Assembly: GCA_964609245.1 (NCBI GenBank)
Contig: CAZSSB010000006.1
Location: 34,056-98,055, forward strand
Direction: 5' to 3'
DNA from: an uncultured Planctomycetales bacterium
Lineage (GTDB): Bacteria; 4484-113; JAFGCY01
DNA: 64,000 nucleotides
Made by a program: the position numbers and the translations under genes. The notes below the pieces were generated by a model. It worked only from the letters and a program-made list of their open reading frames with translations, ran no database searches and was not told the origin of the DNA. Below are positions 9,056 through 19,930 of the stretch, piece by piece; position 1 is the stretch's first letter; every line of letters begins with the position of its first letter.

Positions 9056-9991
9056 TTGTGTTATGTTTCCCTCGTGGAGCTTGTCGATCAGTTTCGCGGG
9101 TGCCTGGTGGGGCTCTGTGTCGGCGACGCGCTGGGGATGCCCGTTGAAGGCATGACTGCAGCGCAGATCCGTGGGCGCTATGGGCGCGTCATGGGCATGC
9201 TGCCCGACCGCCGGCGCGAGCTCAAGGCCGGCCAGACCACGGACGACACCGCGATGATGCTCTGCATCCTGGAGAGCTACCTGGCGCTCAGCGACTTCGA
9301 TCCCCACGACATCGCGGACCGCTTCCTGGCCTGGTACCGCGAGGGAGCGCTGGGCATCGGCCACCTGACGCGCGAGGCCTGCGAGAACCTGCTCTACGGC
9401 TACAACTTCGAGCGCGCCGGCCGCGACGCCTGGGAGACGTTTCCCGAAAGCATGCGGATGGGCAACGGCAGCCTGATGCGCGCCGCGCCGACCGGCCTCA
9501 GGCGCTACCACGACCACGTGCACCTCGTCGGCGAGTCGCGGGTGATCAGCGGCATCACCCACTACGACGAGCGCTGCAAGCTGGCCTGCGTCTGTCTGAA
9601 CCTGGCGATCGCGCACCTGCTGCTGGTCGGCGTCGACGGGCTGCTCGACGAGCTGCGCGAGTTCATCGAGCCGCGCAACACCGTACTGGCCTACGCGCTG
9701 CGGGCCGTGCCGTCGTTCACACCGCCGAAGCTGCCGACCAGCGGCTACGTGGTGGACACTCTGCAGGCCGCGCTGTGGGCGGCCCTGTACTGCGACGAGT
9801 ACGAGGAAGGGCTGCTGCTGCTGGTCAACAACGGCGGCGACGCCGATACCATCGCGGCGGTGGGCGGGGCGCTGCTGGGCGCGCGCTTCGGCGTCGAAGC
9901 CATCCCCGAGCAGTGGCGCTCCGCCGTGCTGGACACGCGCCGGGTCGACAAGGGTGCCCGCGAGCTCTACGAGCTGAGCCAGCGGGAGTAG
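9056..9991 (+). CDS. ADP-ribosylglycohydrolase family protein (DraG/ARH-like)
   Basis: GCLVGLCVGDALG N-terminal signature and C-terminal GGDADTIAAVGGALLGA motif. Track start is TTG 9056; GTG 9074 is an alternative. Confidence 0.8.
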   Translation: MCYVSLVELVDQFRGCLVGLCVGDALGMPVEGMTAAQIRGRYGRVMGMLPDRRRELKAGQTTDDTAMMLCILESYLALSDFDPHDIADRFLAWYREGALGIGHLTREACENLLYGYNFERAGRDAWETFPESMRMGNGSLMRAAPTGLRRYHDHVHLVGESRVISGITHYDERCKLACVCLNLAIAHLLLVGVDGLLDELREFIEPRNTVLAYALRAVPSFTPPKLPTSGYVVDTLQAALWAALYCDEYEEGLLLLVNNGGDADTIAAVGGALLGARFGVEAIPEQWRSAVLDTRRVDKGARELYELSQRE

Positions 9992-9998
9992 TCCGCTC

Positions 9999-12176
9999 CT
10001 AGCTGCGCTGCTCGCGATGCGGGATACCCGTCAGCCGGCACCAGCTGAGCGTCAGCTCATTAAGCCATCCGCCGCTGCCCCGCAGCTGCCCCGACAGCTC
10101 GCCGAGCCACTTAGCATCGGGCACCATGCGGCCTGAGCGGCACCCGGCCCGCCAGCGCGCGATCTCCGCGGGATGCGTCAGCACCCATAGCCGCGCCCCC
10201 AGCCAGCCCAGCAGGTCGGGGGGGCTTAAGGCCAGCAGCGCGACCACGTGGTAGAGGTCGATGAGCAGGTACAGCGGCGTGAGCTTCCACAGCACGCCCG
10301 CGGGATAGAAGCCCAGCATGTTCAGGCAGCGGTTGCACTCCTGCAGGAAGCGCAGGCGCACGCGGCCCAGCCGGCGCGCCGTGGAACTGGCCAGATGCAC
10401 CGCCGCCGCTCGCGGCTCCTTGATGATGCGCTCGTCGCGGCCGCGCAGTCTGAGCCCCAGGCAGACGTCCTCGTGATAGGCGAAGTAGCGCTGGGGCAGC
10501 AGCTCCGGCAGCCAGCGCTCGGCCGCGCGGCGCTCGATCAGGCACAGCCCGCCGCTGGGGTAGAAGCAGCCCGGCTGCTCGTAGGCGTCGCTGACCTGGT
10601 AGCCGAACAGCGAAACGCCGTGGTGGCGGTGCGACTCGGCCAGCGCCTCCAGCGTCGCCGGCGGCAGGCCGCCCACGTACTCCTCGCCGACGTCCAGCTC
10701 GGCGTCCAGGGCGGCGCGGGCGCTGCGCAGCGTCTCCTCGTCCCGGACGTCCACCAGCCGTCCGCTGACGGCCGCCGCGCCGTGGCGCCGGGCGCTGTAG
10801 ACCAGGTTGCGGATGCAGTCGCGCTCGGGCTGCGCGTCGTTGTTGATCAGTGCGATGTAGTCGCCGCGCGCCAGGCTGGCCCCCCAGTTGACGCCGCCGC
10901 TGAAGCCCTGGTTGCGCTCAAGCCGCAGGACGCGGACGCTCGGGTGCGTGATCGCCAGCAGCTCGGCCTCGTCCACTTCGCTGCCGTTGTCCACCACGAT
11001 CACCTCCAGCTCCGGGTAGCTCTGGGCTTCGAGCGCCTTCAGGCAGCGCTTGGTCAGCTCCAGCCCGTTGCAGGTCAGCACCACTGCGCTGACCAGCGGG
11101 AACAGCTCGTCGGCCCCGCGCCGGGCGTCGGCGGCCAGCATTTCCTCGCGCACGGCGGCTTCGGCGTCCGTTTCCAGCAGCCCGCGCTCAGGCGCGGGCG
11201 GCTCGGCCCGGGGTGGCGGCTGGCTGCCGCGTGCGACGAACCAGCGGGCCACCTCGCGCGGCTGCACGCGGCGGCGCCAGCCCAGCTGCCCGCGCCAGCA
11301 CCAGGCTCGCGGCAGGCCCGCCAGCAGCAACAGGTACGCCGGCCACAGCCAGGGCCTCAGCAGCGTTATCAGCAGGTGCCAGCCCTCGTAGAGCGCCAGC
11401 GGGCCCAGGTCCGCCAGCTGGCAGCCGAGGGTGTCGCATTTGGCCAGCATCAGGTAGCGGTTTTTCTCGGCCCGCAGCCGGATCAGCCAGCTGGCTCGTC
11501 CGCCGCTGCCGTGTCCGCGGTGCTGGGCCACGGCGCGGGGCTCGTAGTAGGCCCGCCAGCCGGCCAGCTGGACCCGCCAGTCGAGGTCGACGTCCTCGAA
11601 GTAGGCGAAGAACGCCTCGTCGAAGACCTGGCCCCCCCAGGCCACCTGCTCCAGCATCTCGCGCCGGTAGACGACCGCCGCCGCGCTGCCACCGAACACG
11701 AAGCCGCCGCGGTCGTACTGCCCCTGATCCCGCTCGCCGCGCCCGCGATGCGCCGGCGTACGGTCGCGGTGCATCAGGTGGCCCGCGGAATCGATGACGC
11801 CCGAGCCGTCGTCGCGCAGGATCTTGGGCACCACCGTGCCGATTTCGAGATTGGCCAGCATCGGTCTGAGTGCCGCTTCCACAAAGCCCGAGTCAAGGCA
11901 GGCGTCGCAGTTGAGCAGCACCACGAAGTCGCCGGTGCACTCGCGGATGCCCTGATTGTTGGCGGCGGCGAAGCCCAGGTTGCGGTGGTTTCTGATCAGC
12001 CGCGCCTCGCAGCCCGCCAGCAGCGCCGGGTCGAAGTCCGGGCTGCCGTTGTCCACGACGATGATCTCGGGCAGGCCGTAGCTCTGGGCGGCGATGCTCT
12101 CAAGCGCGCGCGGCAAGAGCTCCTCCGTGTGCCAGTTCACCAGCACGTAGCTGACCAGGGGTACGCCTTGGGCCAC
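9999..12176 (-). CDS. Bifunctional protein with two tandem GT2 glycosyltransferase domains (rhamnosyl/galactofuranosyl-transferase-like)
   Basis: Two copies of the GT-A pattern (VSYVLVNWHTEELL...VVDNGS...DAC...EDVDL and VSAVVLTCNG...VVDNGS...NNDAQ...HEDV). Probable GTG start at 12176, 6 nt after a TATAAT (leaderless). The track ORF extends to 12245 via a TTG. Confidence 0.8.
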   Translation of the reverse strand: MAQGVPLVSYVLVNWHTEELLPRALESIAAQSYGLPEIIVVDNGSPDFDPALLAGCEARLIRNHRNLGFAAANNQGIRECTGDFVVLLNCDACLDSGFVEAALRPMLANLEIGTVVPKILRDDGSGVIDSAGHLMHRDRTPAHRGRGERDQGQYDRGGFVFGGSAAAVVYRREMLEQVAWGGQVFDEAFFAYFEDVDLDWRVQLAGWRAYYEPRAVAQHRGHGSGGRASWLIRLRAEKNRYLMLAKCDTLGCQLADLGPLALYEGWHLLITLLRPWLWPAYLLLLAGLPRAWCWRGQLGWRRRVQPREVARWFVARGSQPPPRAEPPAPERGLLETDAEAAVREEMLAADARRGADELFPLVSAVVLTCNGLELTKRCLKALEAQSYPELEVIVVDNGSEVDEAELLAITHPSVRVLRLERNQGFSGGVNWGASLARGDYIALINNDAQPERDCIRNLVYSARRHGAAAVSGRLVDVRDEETLRSARAALDAELDVGEEYVGGLPPATLEALAESHRHHGVSLFGYQVSDAYEQPGCFYPSGGLCLIERRAAERWLPELLPQRYFAYHEDVCLGLRLRGRDERIIKEPRAAAVHLASSTARRLGRVRLRFLQECNRCLNMLGFYPAGVLWKLTPLYLLIDLYHVVALLALSPPDLLGWLGARLWVLTHPAEIARWRAGCRSGRMVPDAKWLGELSGQLRGSGGWLNELTLSWCRLTGIPHREQRS

Positions 12177-12298
12177 GCGTGCATTATACGGGGGTGCCGC
12201 CGCGCCGCCCGGACCCGTCCGCCGGAATAGCCCGCCGGTATTCAAACATTAGGCCCGGATCGCCCGTCCAGACCACTAACCTGATGGAGGTGGGAGTT

Positions 12299-13498
12299 AT
12301 GAGACTGAGGGTCGTACTGATTCCACTGCTGGCCCTGATGCTCGTCGCGACGGCGTTCGCCGACGAAGGCGGCATCGAGAAGCAGCAGCAGGTGATCGTG
12401 ACAACACCCGAGGCCGCGGCCGCGACGGATGCCTACGCGACGGTGCTGGACATGCAGCACGGCCAGCTCATGGTCGGCGAGGTCTACGACCAGGCGCGGC
12501 AGCAGCTCAGCGACCTGATCGACAAGCTGGTCCAGTCCGGCGAACTGACCGAGACCGGAGCGGACAAGCTGCGCGAGGCACTGGCCGGTTTGACCGGGCC
12601 CCACGCGTCCGCCACATGGAAGACCAGCGAAAGCCCCGGCAAGGTGGCGATGAAGGTCATCGTCAAAGGCGTTGACGAGGATGATGGTCACAAGGTCATC
12701 ACGGTGGTGCCCGAGGGCGACGTGGAGGTCAGGGCCCACAAGCTGATGATCACGAAGGACGACGACGGCAACGTCACCATCGACGGCGAGGGCTTCAGCG
12801 AGGAACAGCTGGCGGAGATTCGCGAGCAGTTGGAGGAGCAGTCGGCCTACGATCTCAGGCTGTTCGACTTCCACGGCCCGTTTGGCGTCGGGGAGTATGA
12901 CAGCAACTACGAGCCGCTGGCGAGGATGCACACAGAGCAGATGCTCGAACTGGAAGACCTCGCGGAGCTCGAGGAGTTTGAGGGCCTTGAAGGTCTGGAG
13001 GGTCTGGAGGGCCTGAAGGAGCTCCAGTTTCTCGGTGAGCTTGACGAGCTTGAGGAGCTTCAGCAGCTCGAAGGGCTGGAAGGGCTCGAAGCTTTCGAGG
13101 GACTCGCTGAACTGGAAGGCCTGCAGATCCTCGGTGAGCTGGGCGAACTCCGGGAACTGGAGGAGCTTGAGGGTCTGGAAGGTCTTCAGGAGCTGCAGTT
13201 TCTCGGCGAGCTTGGCGAGCTTGAGGAACTTCAGCAGCTTGAGGGACTGGAAGCCCTGGCGGAGCTTGAGCTGCTTGAGGAGCTGCCCGATCTCCAGGCC
13301 ATCGAGCTGGATCAGCTCTACGAGATGCACGAGTCAGACGTCGACGAACTGCTTGGTCTGAAGGGCTACGAGGCGGCCGTCGAGGACTGGGCAGCGGACT
13401 TCGAGGCCGACCTTGAAGCCGAGATCGAGGAAGTCCTCACGCAGGTCGAGGAGCTGCTCAGGGAATTCGCGGAGCGGCACGCAAACGACGCAAGCTAA
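12299..13498 (+). CDS. Secreted highly acidic protein with tandem EGL/ELE(E/Q)L repeats
   Basis: GGAGGTGGGAG RBS then ATG 12299. Signal peptide MRLRVVLIPLLALMLVATAFA. Residues about 215-340 are tandem repeats (LEGLEGLEGLKELQFLGELDELEELQQLEGLEGL...), also visible as GAG-GGN-CTN periodicity in the DNA. Confidence 0.7.
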   Translation: MRLRVVLIPLLALMLVATAFADEGGIEKQQQVIVTTPEAAAATDAYATVLDMQHGQLMVGEVYDQARQQLSDLIDKLVQSGELTETGADKLREALAGLTGPHASATWKTSESPGKVAMKVIVKGVDEDDGHKVITVVPEGDVEVRAHKLMITKDDDGNVTIDGEGFSEEQLAEIREQLEEQSAYDLRLFDFHGPFGVGEYDSNYEPLARMHTEQMLELEDLAELEEFEGLEGLEGLEGLKELQFLGELDELEELQQLEGLEGLEAFEGLAELEGLQILGELGELRELEELEGLEGLQELQFLGELGELEELQQLEGLEALAELELLEELPDLQAIELDQLYEMHESDVDELLGLKGYEAAVEDWAADFEADLEAEIEEVLTQVEELLREFAERHANDAS

Positions 13499-13526
13499 GG
13501 ACCTCTATCCTCTCATAGCCAGAAGC

Positions 13527-13556
13527 AGGGCCCGGCAACCGCCGGGCTTTGTCTTG
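13527..13556 (+). terminator. Rho-independent terminator (GCCCGGC-AACC-GCCGGGC + TTTGTCTT)
   Basis: Perfect 7-bp GC stem followed by a T-run, immediately after the 13498 stop. Confidence 0.5.
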
Positions 13557-13557
13557 G

Positions 13558-15387
<1,830 letters not shown>

Positions 15388-15457
15388 GGACGCTGCGATG
15401 ATAGCAGAGCGCCGGTCGCTCTACACCTGCTGCCGGCCCGCGGTAGACTGTGGGCGT

Positions 15458-15574
15458 ATGGCAATCAGGCTTCTGCTGTGGGTGCTGTTCTTCGTGCTGC
15501 TGCTTCTTGCGGTGTTTCTGGCGTGGGCCTTCTTCGGACCGGGATTCAATCCCGTCAACGTCATCGTTGAGTAA
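15458..15574 (+). CDS. Possible small hydrophobic membrane peptide (38 aa)
   Basis: ATG 15458 gives MAIRLLLWVLFFVLLLLAVFLAWAFFGPGFNPVNVIVE, a single TM helix. Lies in the lepA divergent region. No strong RBS. Confidence 0.25.
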   Translation: MAIRLLLWVLFFVLLLLAVFLAWAFFGPGFNPVNVIVE

Positions 15575-15758
15575 CACGCCCCTTCTCCCACATTGGTGGC
15601 CTCCCTGCCGCGCGGCCGGCGCACCTTCGGCACGAGCAACAACGACTTGGAGCTGTTATCATCTACACGTGTTTGAGCAGCAGTGTATCCGTTTGTCCCA
15701 ATACATCTCATTGCTGCTCTCATTTCGTTTCAGCATCCAACGGGAGGTTGGGACAGAG

Positions 15759-17243
15759 ATGTGCAAGGACCGGCGCGGCACGGTGGAAGATTCTCAGTCC
15801 AACGGGGTGATGGGGGCGGTCCTTTTGCTGCTGCTGGCATTGCTCGCCAGTGGATGCGGGAGTCGCACAAGCCCGCTTGAATCCCCACGGCAGTCGACCG
15901 GGTTTATGCCGCCGGAGGTGGTCAACGTCCTGGGCGCGGGGCTGGACCTCAAGGCGGAGGACCTCGACGGCGACGGCAAGGCCGACCTGCTGATCCCGTT
16001 CCTGGCCTCCAGCCTGGCGCTGGTATACAACGACTCGACGCCGGGGGCGCCCGCGTTCTCCACCACGCTGTTCGCGGCCGGGCCCTCGCGGGTGATCACC
16101 GCCTGCAGCGGCGACATCGACTCCGACGGCTATCCGGAGCTGGCGGTGCTGCGCGAGGACGACGAGGACGACGGGCTGTACATCACGCCGGTGGACGTCT
16201 ACCGCAACCTGGACGGCGCCAGCTACGAGCTGCTGCACGAGTTCGAGATCTGGCAAGGCGCCGAGGACATGGCCTTCGATCTGGTCAATGACGACGACGA
16301 CGTGCCGGACCTGCTGCTGACCTCGGCGCTCTATGACGGCCAGGCCGCCATTTACTTCGAGTCGATCACCGAGCCATATGACGATGGACGTGCTCAGAAA
16401 GTAGGAGGCTACGGTGTCCAGGAGGAGTACATTGAGTTCACGCAAATGGTGCTCCACGACGTCGACCACAATGGCTACCTGGACGTGCTGGAAGTCAACA
16501 CCGGCGACAAGCCTGGCCTGAAGTTGGCCATGCACATGCCCGTCACCAGCGCCCCAGCCGTGATCTTCGATCCCTGGCAGGGCTGGATCATACGTCCAGC
16601 CGACTACTTCGATCCGACGCTGTGCACGAATTACAGGGGATCGGAACTGGTGCTGGACGAGCCCGGCGCCATTCCGCTGCGCGTGGCCTGCGGCGACCTC
16701 AACGAGGACGGCCTCGACGACGTGGCGCTGCTGGTGCAGCACCCCTCCGGCCAGTATTTCGACTACGCCATGAAGCTGACCCAGATCAGCCAGCTCGCCA
16801 CGTTCCCCTCGCACGTCGTGTACATCTATTGCTCCTCCCTGAGCGGGCCGGAAGGCTTCGAGTCGAGCCCGACAATGGACCGCCGGCTGAACCTGGCCTG
16901 GGCCGGGGGGCTGTACTTCCCCGGCTGGGTGACGGACATCAGGGTGGCGGACGTCAACTACGACGACCATCTGGACGTGATCCTTTGCTCCGAGGGCCCG
17001 CTGCACTACGGCGGCATCTCCTACCTGGCGTACTTCCCCGGCAAAGGCGACTTCGACTTCGATCCGCCGCTGGCCTTCCCGACCGGCGGCCCGCCCCTCA
17101 GACTGGCGGTCGCCGACTTCGACGCCGACAGCTACCTCGACGCCGCGGTGCTGCTGCCGTGGACCAATGAACTGGAAGTGCGGCTCAACGACGGTGGCTC
17201 GGGCCTCGGCGAGGAAGGCATCATCATCCCGTTTATGGAGTAG
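15759..17243 (+). CDS. FG-GAP/VCBS-repeat (integrin-alpha-like beta-propeller) lipoprotein
   Basis: GGGAGG RBS, ATG 15759. Lipobox LLASGC. Six DxDxDG Ca-binding-like loops (DLDGDGKADLL, DIDSDGYPEL, DVDHNGYLDV, DLNEDGLDDV, DVNYDDHLDV, DFDADSYLDA). Confidence 0.75.
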   Translation: MCKDRRGTVEDSQSNGVMGAVLLLLLALLASGCGSRTSPLESPRQSTGFMPPEVVNVLGAGLDLKAEDLDGDGKADLLIPFLASSLALVYNDSTPGAPAFSTTLFAAGPSRVITACSGDIDSDGYPELAVLREDDEDDGLYITPVDVYRNLDGASYELLHEFEIWQGAEDMAFDLVNDDDDVPDLLLTSALYDGQAAIYFESITEPYDDGRAQKVGGYGVQEEYIEFTQMVLHDVDHNGYLDVLEVNTGDKPGLKLAMHMPVTSAPAVIFDPWQGWIIRPADYFDPTLCTNYRGSELVLDEPGAIPLRVACGDLNEDGLDDVALLVQHPSGQYFDYAMKLTQISQLATFPSHVVYIYCSSLSGPEGFESSPTMDRRLNLAWAGGLYFPGWVTDIRVADVNYDDHLDVILCSEGPLHYGGISYLAYFPGKGDFDFDPPLAFPTGGPPLRLAVADFDADSYLDAAVLLPWTNELEVRLNDGGSGLGEEGIIIPFME

Positions 17244-17378
17244 AAACGGACAATCTGCCCCGCGGACACAGTCCCCGCCGCCGCACAGGTACACTAGCCT
17301 CCCCCCCGCTGTGGTAAGATTATCGTTCCACCAGGCATGGCGCGGCAATGGACTGCGCCGGGACATGGAGGGGCAAGT

Positions 17379-17942
17379 TTGGAAGTCATCATCAAGGGCA
17401 AGAACACCGACGTTTCCGCCGATCTGGAGGCCTATGCCGAGCGCAAGCTTTCAAAGCTGACCAAGCTGTCAGACCGGCTGCAGTCGGCCACCGTCAATTT
17501 CACCAAGAATGCCAGCAAGAAGCGCGACAAGTCGTTTCGCGTCGAGGTCGTCGTGCACGCGCCGGGCCAGGTGCTCAGGAGCGAGGAGGACGAGTCCAGC
17601 TTCTTCGTCGCGATCGACGCGGTGGCAGACAAGCTGCGCCGCCAGCTGAAGAAGCTGAAGTCCAAGCGCGTGGACAAGCCTCGGGAGAAGGCCAGCAAGG
17701 CGGAAGCCGCCCGCAAGCGGACGCGGCCGGCCCCGCTGCTCGAGCCCTCGGATCCCACGCCGATCGTCTACGTCGAGCGCTTTCCGGTCAAGCCGATCAG
17801 CACCGCCGAGGCGATCATGCAGCTGGAGGCCACCGGTGGCGAGCTGCTGCTGTTCGTCAACGACCAGTCGGTGGTCAACTGCGTGCGCAAGCGGGCGGAC
17901 GGAGGCTTCTCGCTGCTGGTCCCGGAGGACGAGGTTTCCTAG
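17379..17942 (+). CDS. hpf: Ribosome hibernation-promoting factor (long HPF/RaiA family)
   Basis: LEVIIKGKNTDVSADLEAYAERKLSKL... S30AE fold plus a C-terminal dimerisation-like domain. TTG start 5 nt after GGAGGGG. Confidence 0.85.
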   Translation: MEVIIKGKNTDVSADLEAYAERKLSKLTKLSDRLQSATVNFTKNASKKRDKSFRVEVVVHAPGQVLRSEEDESSFFVAIDAVADKLRRQLKKLKSKRVDKPREKASKAEAARKRTRPAPLLEPSDPTPIVYVERFPVKPISTAEAIMQLEATGGELLLFVNDQSVVNCVRKRADGGFSLLVPEDEVS

Positions 17943-18008
17943 CCTGGCGGGCCCGCCGATTCGGGCGGACCGCGCAGCTGCTGACTAACTCAGTCGCTCA
18001 AGGAGTGC

Positions 18009-19166
18009 ATGATGGATACTGACCACACCTGCCCCAAGTGCGGCGCCGTGAACCGCGCGGGCGCCAGATTCTGTGACCAGTGCGGCGCGGCCCTGACCGC
18101 CGCGGACAGCCCGGCGCAGCCGGATGAGACACCGGCGGCCGCGCCAGGCGCGCGCACCAACTGGACCGCCATCGTGCTGGTGGTGGTGATCATCGCGGTG
18201 GCGGGCTGGCTGCTGTTCGGGCCCAAGGGCAATGGCGGGCCGTCCGGCACAACCGCCGGCGGCGGGGCGATGGACAATCCCCACGGCACGATGACCAATC
18301 CGCATGGCGGGACGAGCACGGATAACCCCCATGGCAGCACGCCCGGCATGGAGGATGTAACGGCTACGATCGCCGACTCCAAGGCCAACCTGGAAGAGGA
18401 TCCGCTGGACGTTGAGTCGCTGCTGAACCTCTACCAGAGCTACGGCATGATCGGCCGCGGCGCCCAACTCAGGCCCTACGTCGATGCCGCGATGGACGCG
18501 CTGGATGAACGGGCCGATGAACTGGGCGACGAGGCCGGCGACACCGCGATGCAGATCGCGATGGCGGCGCTGGTGCTGGGCGGCGACGCCGACGCGGGCC
18601 AGGTCGCACTGCTGAAGGTCCGCGAGCTGGCGCCGGACAACATCCTGGCGCTCAAGATGCTGGGCGACGTCAGCTTCAACCGCAGCGAACACGCCGAGGC
18701 GATCGACTGGTACACCCAGTACCTGGAGACCGCGACGGCGGAGGATCAGGGCCAGGACTACTGGCACGCGCGCATCGACCGCGCCACCATGTACCTGCGT
18801 CTCGGCGAGGAAACCGGTGACGACGGTCTGACCGACGAGGCCGTGGCCGAGCTGACCGAGGTCACGGAGCTGCAGCCCGAGAGCTTCAACGCCTGGTTCA
18901 ACCTGGGCAACGCGATCCTCAAGGCCGGCGACGAGGCCGAGGCCGAGCGCATCTGGGAAGACTGCCTGGCGCTGGCCGCCACTGCCGAGGAGACCTGGAA
19001 CGTCGAGGCGGCGCTGGCCGAACTGCGTGGCGAGGAAGCCCCGCCGCGGCCGATGCCCGACAGCGACATGGGCACGGGCATGGGCGGCATGGGGATGGGC
19101 AATCCCCACGGCTCGATGGGCAACCCACACGGCGGGATGAGCGGTGAGCCCGAAGGCGACGCTTAG
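18009..19166 (+). CDS. Zinc-ribbon / single-TM / TPR-repeat protein with NPHG repeats at both ends
   Basis: AAGGAG RBS. CPKCGAVNRAGARFCDQCGA zinc ribbon, a TM helix, DNPHGTMTNPHGGTSTDNPHGS, TPR-like helical repeats and a C-terminal MGNPHGSMGNPHGGMSG. The antisense 398-aa ORF is rejected. Confidence 0.7.
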   Translation: MMDTDHTCPKCGAVNRAGARFCDQCGAALTAADSPAQPDETPAAAPGARTNWTAIVLVVVIIAVAGWLLFGPKGNGGPSGTTAGGGAMDNPHGTMTNPHGGTSTDNPHGSTPGMEDVTATIADSKANLEEDPLDVESLLNLYQSYGMIGRGAQLRPYVDAAMDALDERADELGDEAGDTAMQIAMAALVLGGDADAGQVALLKVRELAPDNILALKMLGDVSFNRSEHAEAIDWYTQYLETATAEDQGQDYWHARIDRATMYLRLGEETGDDGLTDEAVAELTEVTELQPESFNAWFNLGNAILKAGDEAEAERIWEDCLALAATAEETWNVEAALAELRGEEAPPRPMPDSDMGTGMGGMGMGNPHGSMGNPHGGMSGEPEGDA

Positions 19167-19198
19167 CAGACCCCGCACCACGGTGCGATAATGGGCCG

Positions 19199-19930
19199 AT
19201 GAACGTCCTGGGAGTGATTCCGGCGCGCTATGCTTCCACGCGCTTTCCGGGCAAGGCGCTGGCGCCGATCGCCGGCCGGCCGATGATTGAGCACGTCTGG
19301 CAGCGCGTCTGCCAGAGCCAGCGGCTCAGCCGCGTCGTCGTAGCCACCGATGATCAGCGCATCGCGGACTGCGTGACCGGCTTCGGCGGCGAGCCGCTGC
19401 TGACCAGCCCCGAGCATCCCAGCGGGACGGACCGGCTGGGCGAGGTCGCGGCACGGCTGCCGGCGGACTACTACGTCAACACCCAGGGCGACGAGCCGCT
19501 GATCTCGCCGGCGGCGATCGACGCGCTGGTGGATCAGGTGCTCAGCGAGCAGGCGGCAATGGGCACGCTCGTGCGGCGCCTCAGCCTGCCGGGCGACGAG
19601 GCGGTGCTGGCCGATCCGAACGTGGTCAAGGCGGTGCGCGGCGACGACGGCTACGCGCTCTACTTCTCGCGGGCGGCAGTGCCCTACCCCCGCCGGCCGG
19701 AGGAGGCGCGCCACTACAAGCACATCGGCATCTACATGTACTCCCACGCCGCGCTGCTGAGGCTGTGCGCAGCGTCCCCGACCAGCGTCGAGCGCGCCGA
19801 GAGCCTGGAGCAGCTTCGGGCGCTGGAACTGGGTCTGCGCATCCTGGCCGTGGAGACGGACTACGACCCGATCGGCGTGGACGTGCCTGAAGACGCCGCC
19901 GCCGTGGAGACCCGGCTGGCAGGCGGCTAG
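19199..19930 (+). CDS. kdsB: 3-deoxy-manno-octulosonate cytidylyltransferase (CMP-KDO synthetase)
   Basis: VIPARYASTRFPGKAL...MIEHV... KdsB signature. GATAAT lies 6 nt before the ATG (leaderless-like). Confidence 0.9.
   Translation: MNVLGVIPARYASTRFPGKALAPIAGRPMIEHVWQRVCQSQRLSRVVVATDDQRIADCVTGFGGEPLLTSPEHPSGTDRLGEVAARLPADYYVNTQGDEPLISPAAIDALVDQVLSEQAAMGTLVRRLSLPGDEAVLADPNVVKAVRGDDGYALYFSRAAVPYPRRPEEARHYKHIGIYMYSHAALLRLCAASPTSVERAESLEQLRALELGLRILAVETDYDPIGVDVPEDAAAVETRLAGG

Noticed and set aside
10248-12230. 660-aa plus-strand ORF
   Set aside because: Antisense to the well-supported double-GT2 gene. Low-complexity Ala/Arg/Gly-rich translation typical of high-GC shadow ORFs.
15720-17366. 548-aa minus-strand ORF
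   Set aside because: Antisense to the FG-GAP lipoprotein, which has RBS, lipobox and repeat motifs. Translation is low complexity.
17243-17378. Sigma-54 promoter upstream of hpf
   Set aside because: TGGCGCGGCAATGG resembles but does not satisfy the GG-N10-GC spacing. Not called.
17985-19181. 398-aa minus-strand ORF
   Set aside because: Opposite the zinc-ribbon/TPR gene, which has AAGGAG RBS, zinc ribbon, TM and TPR features. The antisense translation is Gly/Ala/Arg-rich.
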